NCBI GenBank assembly: GCA_964462035.1
Contig: CAYXAP010000021.1
Coordinates: 42,688 to 106,687 of the forward strand
Direction: 5' to 3'
Source: an uncultured Sandaracinus sp.
Lineage (GTDB): Bacteria; Myxococcota_A; Polyangia; Polyangiales; Houyiibacteriaceae
DNA: 64,000 nt
This document shows, in pieces, positions 61,295 through 64,000 of this stretch. The notes beneath the pieces are model-generated. The model saw only the letters and a program-made list of their open reading frames with translations. It ran no database searches and had not been told where the DNA came from. The stretch's first letter is position 1. Each line of letters begins with the position of its first letter. The position numbers and the translations under genes are program-made.

Positions 61295-62386
61295 TCACGG
61301 CGCGACCGTGACGTCGAGCTGGTAGGCCAGGGCCGAACGGTCGGTCGGGCGACCGTCGGCGACATGGATGAAGTAGCGCCCCGACGGCAGGTCTGCCGCC
61401 TGGATGATGGCGCAACCGTTGCCGTCACTGGCGGGGGGGCGCGCCTGCTGGCCCGAGCTCGTGAGCAGCGAGAGCTGGATCGGGAGGTCGTCGCCGCTGG
61501 CGCAGTCGGTGCCCGAAAAGTCGTTCAGCGTCACCGAGAGGTCTTCCTGGTCGTCGATCAGGATGGTGTAGACGTCGGGGTAGGTGCTCTGCTCGCAGGA
61601 GCCCGGTCCCGCGAGACCGCCGGTGATGGTGATCGAGTCGGTTCCCTCGAGATCGATCTGGTTCGCCTCGTAGAGGTTGTCGTTCGGGAACTTCTCGCCG
61701 GGGCTGCTCGGGCTCACGCGGCACCGGCAGTTCACGCAGCCGGCGCCGCCACAAGCCGAGGGCTCGTCGCTGTCGCAGGTCTCGCCATGCTCCTTCATCC
61801 CATCACCGCAGACCGGGCGATAGGCGTCGAGCTGGAAGACGCCGCCGCCCGACTCGGCGGAGTCGATGCCGAGGTACCAGCGGCCGGTGCTCGGCGCGAC
61901 GAAGGCGAAGTGCTCGTCGCCGGTGCCGAGGCACGCGTCGGAGTTCTGGATGCAGGCTCGGTCGTCGCAGTCGTCGCTCAGGAGGTAGAGCACTGGGTTC
62001 TTCGCCTCGGCGCCCGCGCTGGTCAGGTGGAAGTGCCAGACCTCACCGGCGACGACATCGAGGCCGAAGAAGGCGTCGTTGCCGTCGCTCGGCGCGCAGG
62101 GAACCGTGGTCTGGTTCGACAGCCCTCGGGTGTCGACGATGATGTCGAGCTGCCGCTGGCCAATGACGAAGGCCGAGCTGTCGCCGCACGAGTCGGCGCC
62201 CTGCCGGAGGTCGAGGTTCATGTCGACCTCGACCTGAGCGTCGTCACCGGGCGTGCCGCCATCGTCTTCCACGTCGTCCCGGAGCGGATCGAGCACGGAG
62301 GGGTCGGAGACGCTGCAGCCGAAGAGCAATGCGAGGAGAAGCGCGGGTCGAGTCATCGTCATCGTGTTCGAGAAGAGTGAAGACAT
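61295..62386 (-). CDS. Lipoprotein with two PPC-like jelly-roll domains
   Basis: LLFGC lipobox; NPVLYLL..GRWYLGID and DVYTI..GRYFIHV..YQLDV; CGDG..GETCD repeat; TGATG overlap with upstream gene. Confidence 0.7.
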   Translation of the reverse strand: MSSLFSNTMTMTRPALLLALLFGCSVSDPSVLDPLRDDVEDDGGTPGDDAQVEVDMNLDLRQGADSCGDSSAFVIGQRQLDIIVDTRGLSNQTTVPCAPSDGNDAFFGLDVVAGEVWHFHLTSAGAEAKNPVLYLLSDDCDDRACIQNSDACLGTGDEHFAFVAPSTGRWYLGIDSAESGGGVFQLDAYRPVCGDGMKEHGETCDSDEPSACGGAGCVNCRCRVSPSSPGEKFPNDNLYEANQIDLEGTDSITITGGLAGPGSCEQSTYPDVYTILIDDQEDLSVTLNDFSGTDCASGDDLPIQLSLLTSSGQQARPPASDGNGCAIIQAADLPSGRYFIHVADGRPTDRSALAYQLDVTVAP

Positions 62387-63327
62387 CAGAAGGTCCCCGA
62401 GAGGCCGACCATGCCGCCGTTCGGGCCGGCGGCGCCGCCGACGGTGATCGAGCCGTCGTCGGGCTCGTCCTCGTCGTCCGAGCCACCCCAGTCGGTGAAG
62501 ATGGCCAGTACGGCGGCGGTCGCGCCCAGGCCGATGGTCACACCCATGAGGATGTTGGTGCGGGTCTCGGCGCTCTCGACGTCGGCGAGCATCTGCTCAC
62601 CTTCGGCGAGCGTTGCGCCGGGCTCGGTGACGTAGTTCTGCAGATCGTCCCACTGGCTGTTCGTGTTCAGGCCGCTCCAGACGAGCAGGCCACCGACCAC
62701 GACGGTCGCGCCGGCGGCGGCGATCACGATCGCCGGGTGGAGGCCGCCGCCGTCGTCCGGCGGCGGGGTCTCGGTGATGCCACCTCCGGCGTCGCCTTCG
62801 CCTTCGCCTTCTCCCTCGCCTTCGCCTTCTCCCTCGCCTTCGCCTTCTCCCTCGCCTTCGCCGCCTCCGTCGGTCTCGTCCGGCTGGCGTTCCGCCTCAC
62901 GGCGGGCGATGGCCTCCTCGAGCACCCGGATGCGGGCCTCGATCTCGGTGCGATCCTCGGCATCGGGGACGGCCTCGAGATAGTTCCTCAACGCCACCAC
63001 GGCCTCTTCGTCACGGCGGAGCCGGTCGAGGGTCGCGGCGATGTTGTAGAGCAGGGTCGGGCGCGGGCTCAGGTTGTACGCCTGGCGAAAGCGCTCCAGG
63101 GCCACCTCGTAGTCGCCGGCCGCGAAGGCTTGTCGCGCGGAGAGGAAGACCCTACGTGCCGCTTGGTCGAGGTTCGCGTCATAGCGGGTCTCGGCCTCTT
63201 CGCGGTCGTCCTCTGCAGCCTCTTCGGGCTGTGCCAGCGAGCTGCTGGACAGAGGACCGGCGAAAGCGAGGAGAAGGAGAGCGAGACGAGCGAGTCGGAA
63301 CAGCGATCGACGAGATCGTTGGAGCAC
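62386..63327 (-). CDS. Exported TPR protein with (GE)n linker and hydrophobic C-terminal region
   Basis: GDYEVALERFRQAY..LLYNIA TPR; start uncertain (63327 or 63372). Confidence 0.8.
   Translation of the reverse strand: MLQRSRRSLFRLARLALLLLAFAGPLSSSSLAQPEEAAEDDREEAETRYDANLDQAARRVFLSARQAFAAGDYEVALERFRQAYNLSPRPTLLYNIAATLDRLRRDEEAVVALRNYLEAVPDAEDRTEIEARIRVLEEAIARREAERQPDETDGGGEGEGEGEGEGEGEGEGEGEGEGDAGGGITETPPPDDGGGLHPAIVIAAAGATVVVGGLLVWSGLNTNSQWDDLQNYVTEPGATLAEGEQMLADVESAETRTNILMGVTIGLGATAAVLAIFTDWGGSDDEDEPDDGSITVGGAAGPNGGMVGLSGTF
62792..62862. repeat. Hexamer/18-bp repeat encoding (GE)n
   Basis: TCGCCT/TCTCCC units seen directly. Confidence 0.8.
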
Positions 63328-63400
63328 AGGGGTCCCCCGTTTGAGAGCGTTGGATCTTCGACGCGACGACACACGCCGAGGGTGCTATTCCATAGCACCG

Positions 63401-64000
63401 ATGCGGCCTTTCGTCCTGTTCTGCCTCTGTACTTTTCTTCTTGGTGGCTTGCCCCTGGCAACGGGCTGCGGCGACGATGACTCCGCACCTGAGGACGCGG
63501 GAATCGACCAGTCCATGCCGATGGATGATGCGTCGACGACCGACGACATGGGGGACACCTTCGACGGTGCGGCCGACGACATGGGTGACGTCGTGGATCT
63601 GGGCACGCCCTGCAATGGTCCGCCCGGTCTCTACATCGACGCGCTCTGCACGGTGATCGCCGACGACGTCGAGCCCTTCGACCCCCGCTACTGGCTCTGG
63701 ACCGACGGCTTCGACAAGCAGCGCTTCATCTCGCTCCCGGCGGGGTCGCAGATCGACACGACCGATCCGGACAACTGGATCTACCCAGTCGGCACTCGGG
63801 TCTGGAAGAACTTCCTGACCCCCAGCGGCGCCACCAAGCTGGAGACTCGCTACTTCGAGAAGATGGCCGAGGGGAGCGGCCCGGACTTCTGGACCATGCA
63901 GACCTTCGTCTGGAACGTGGCCCAGACCGGCGTCGAGGAGGTCCTCGGCGGGATGGACAACGTGCTCGGCACCGACCACGACATCCCCTCTCAGGCGCAG
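63401..64000 (+). CDS. Lipoprotein, SO2930-like c-type cytochrome family (3' end outside window)
   Basis: Own translation: ATGC-GDDD lipobox, LWTDGFDKQRFISLP, WIYPVGTRVWKNF, LETR, TFVWN, HDIPSQAQ. Confidence 0.7.
   Translation, partial: MRPFVLFCLCTFLLGGLPLATGCGDDDSAPEDAGIDQSMPMDDASTTDDMGDTFDGAADDMGDVVDLGTPCNGPPGLYIDALCTVIADDVEPFDPRYWLWTDGFDKQRFISLPAGSQIDTTDPDNWIYPVGTRVWKNFLTPSGATKLETRYFEKMAEGSGPDFWTMQTFVWNVAQTGVEEVLGGMDNVLGTDHDIPSQAQ

Overview
High-GC chromosomal window, most consistent with a myxobacterium (Polyangiales/Sandaracinaceae-like; inferred from MYXO-CTERM-type tails, a GltJ/AgmX-like protein, myxobacterial Cys-rich repeats and a DUF1592/DUF1552 pair). About 55 credible CDSs. Housekeeping genes (kbl-tdh, infA, hslUV, argF, argG, a dnaK paralog, a CorC-family gene) are interspersed with many cell-envelope lipoproteins. 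No rRNA, tRNA, CRISPR array or transposase was seen. Best candidate for an undescribed system: a four-gene minus-strand operon (54759-63327) ending in two paralogous MYXO-CTERM surface proteins. Both start with the same temptin-like domain carrying a CxxCH heme-c motif but sit on different repeat stalks (about 23 cbEGF repeats vs MopE-like metal-binding repeats). Other notable items: a J-protein/DnaK/wHTH triad with a shared domain, a TlpA/outer-membrane-barrel/TlpA module, a ubiquitin-like + beta-propeller pair, an orphan fliQ/sctS, a BpsA-like aminopropyltransferase, a structured infA leader, a 156-bp MITE-like element, and recurrent leaderless-type promoters. All family calls come from motif recognition by eye; no searches were run.
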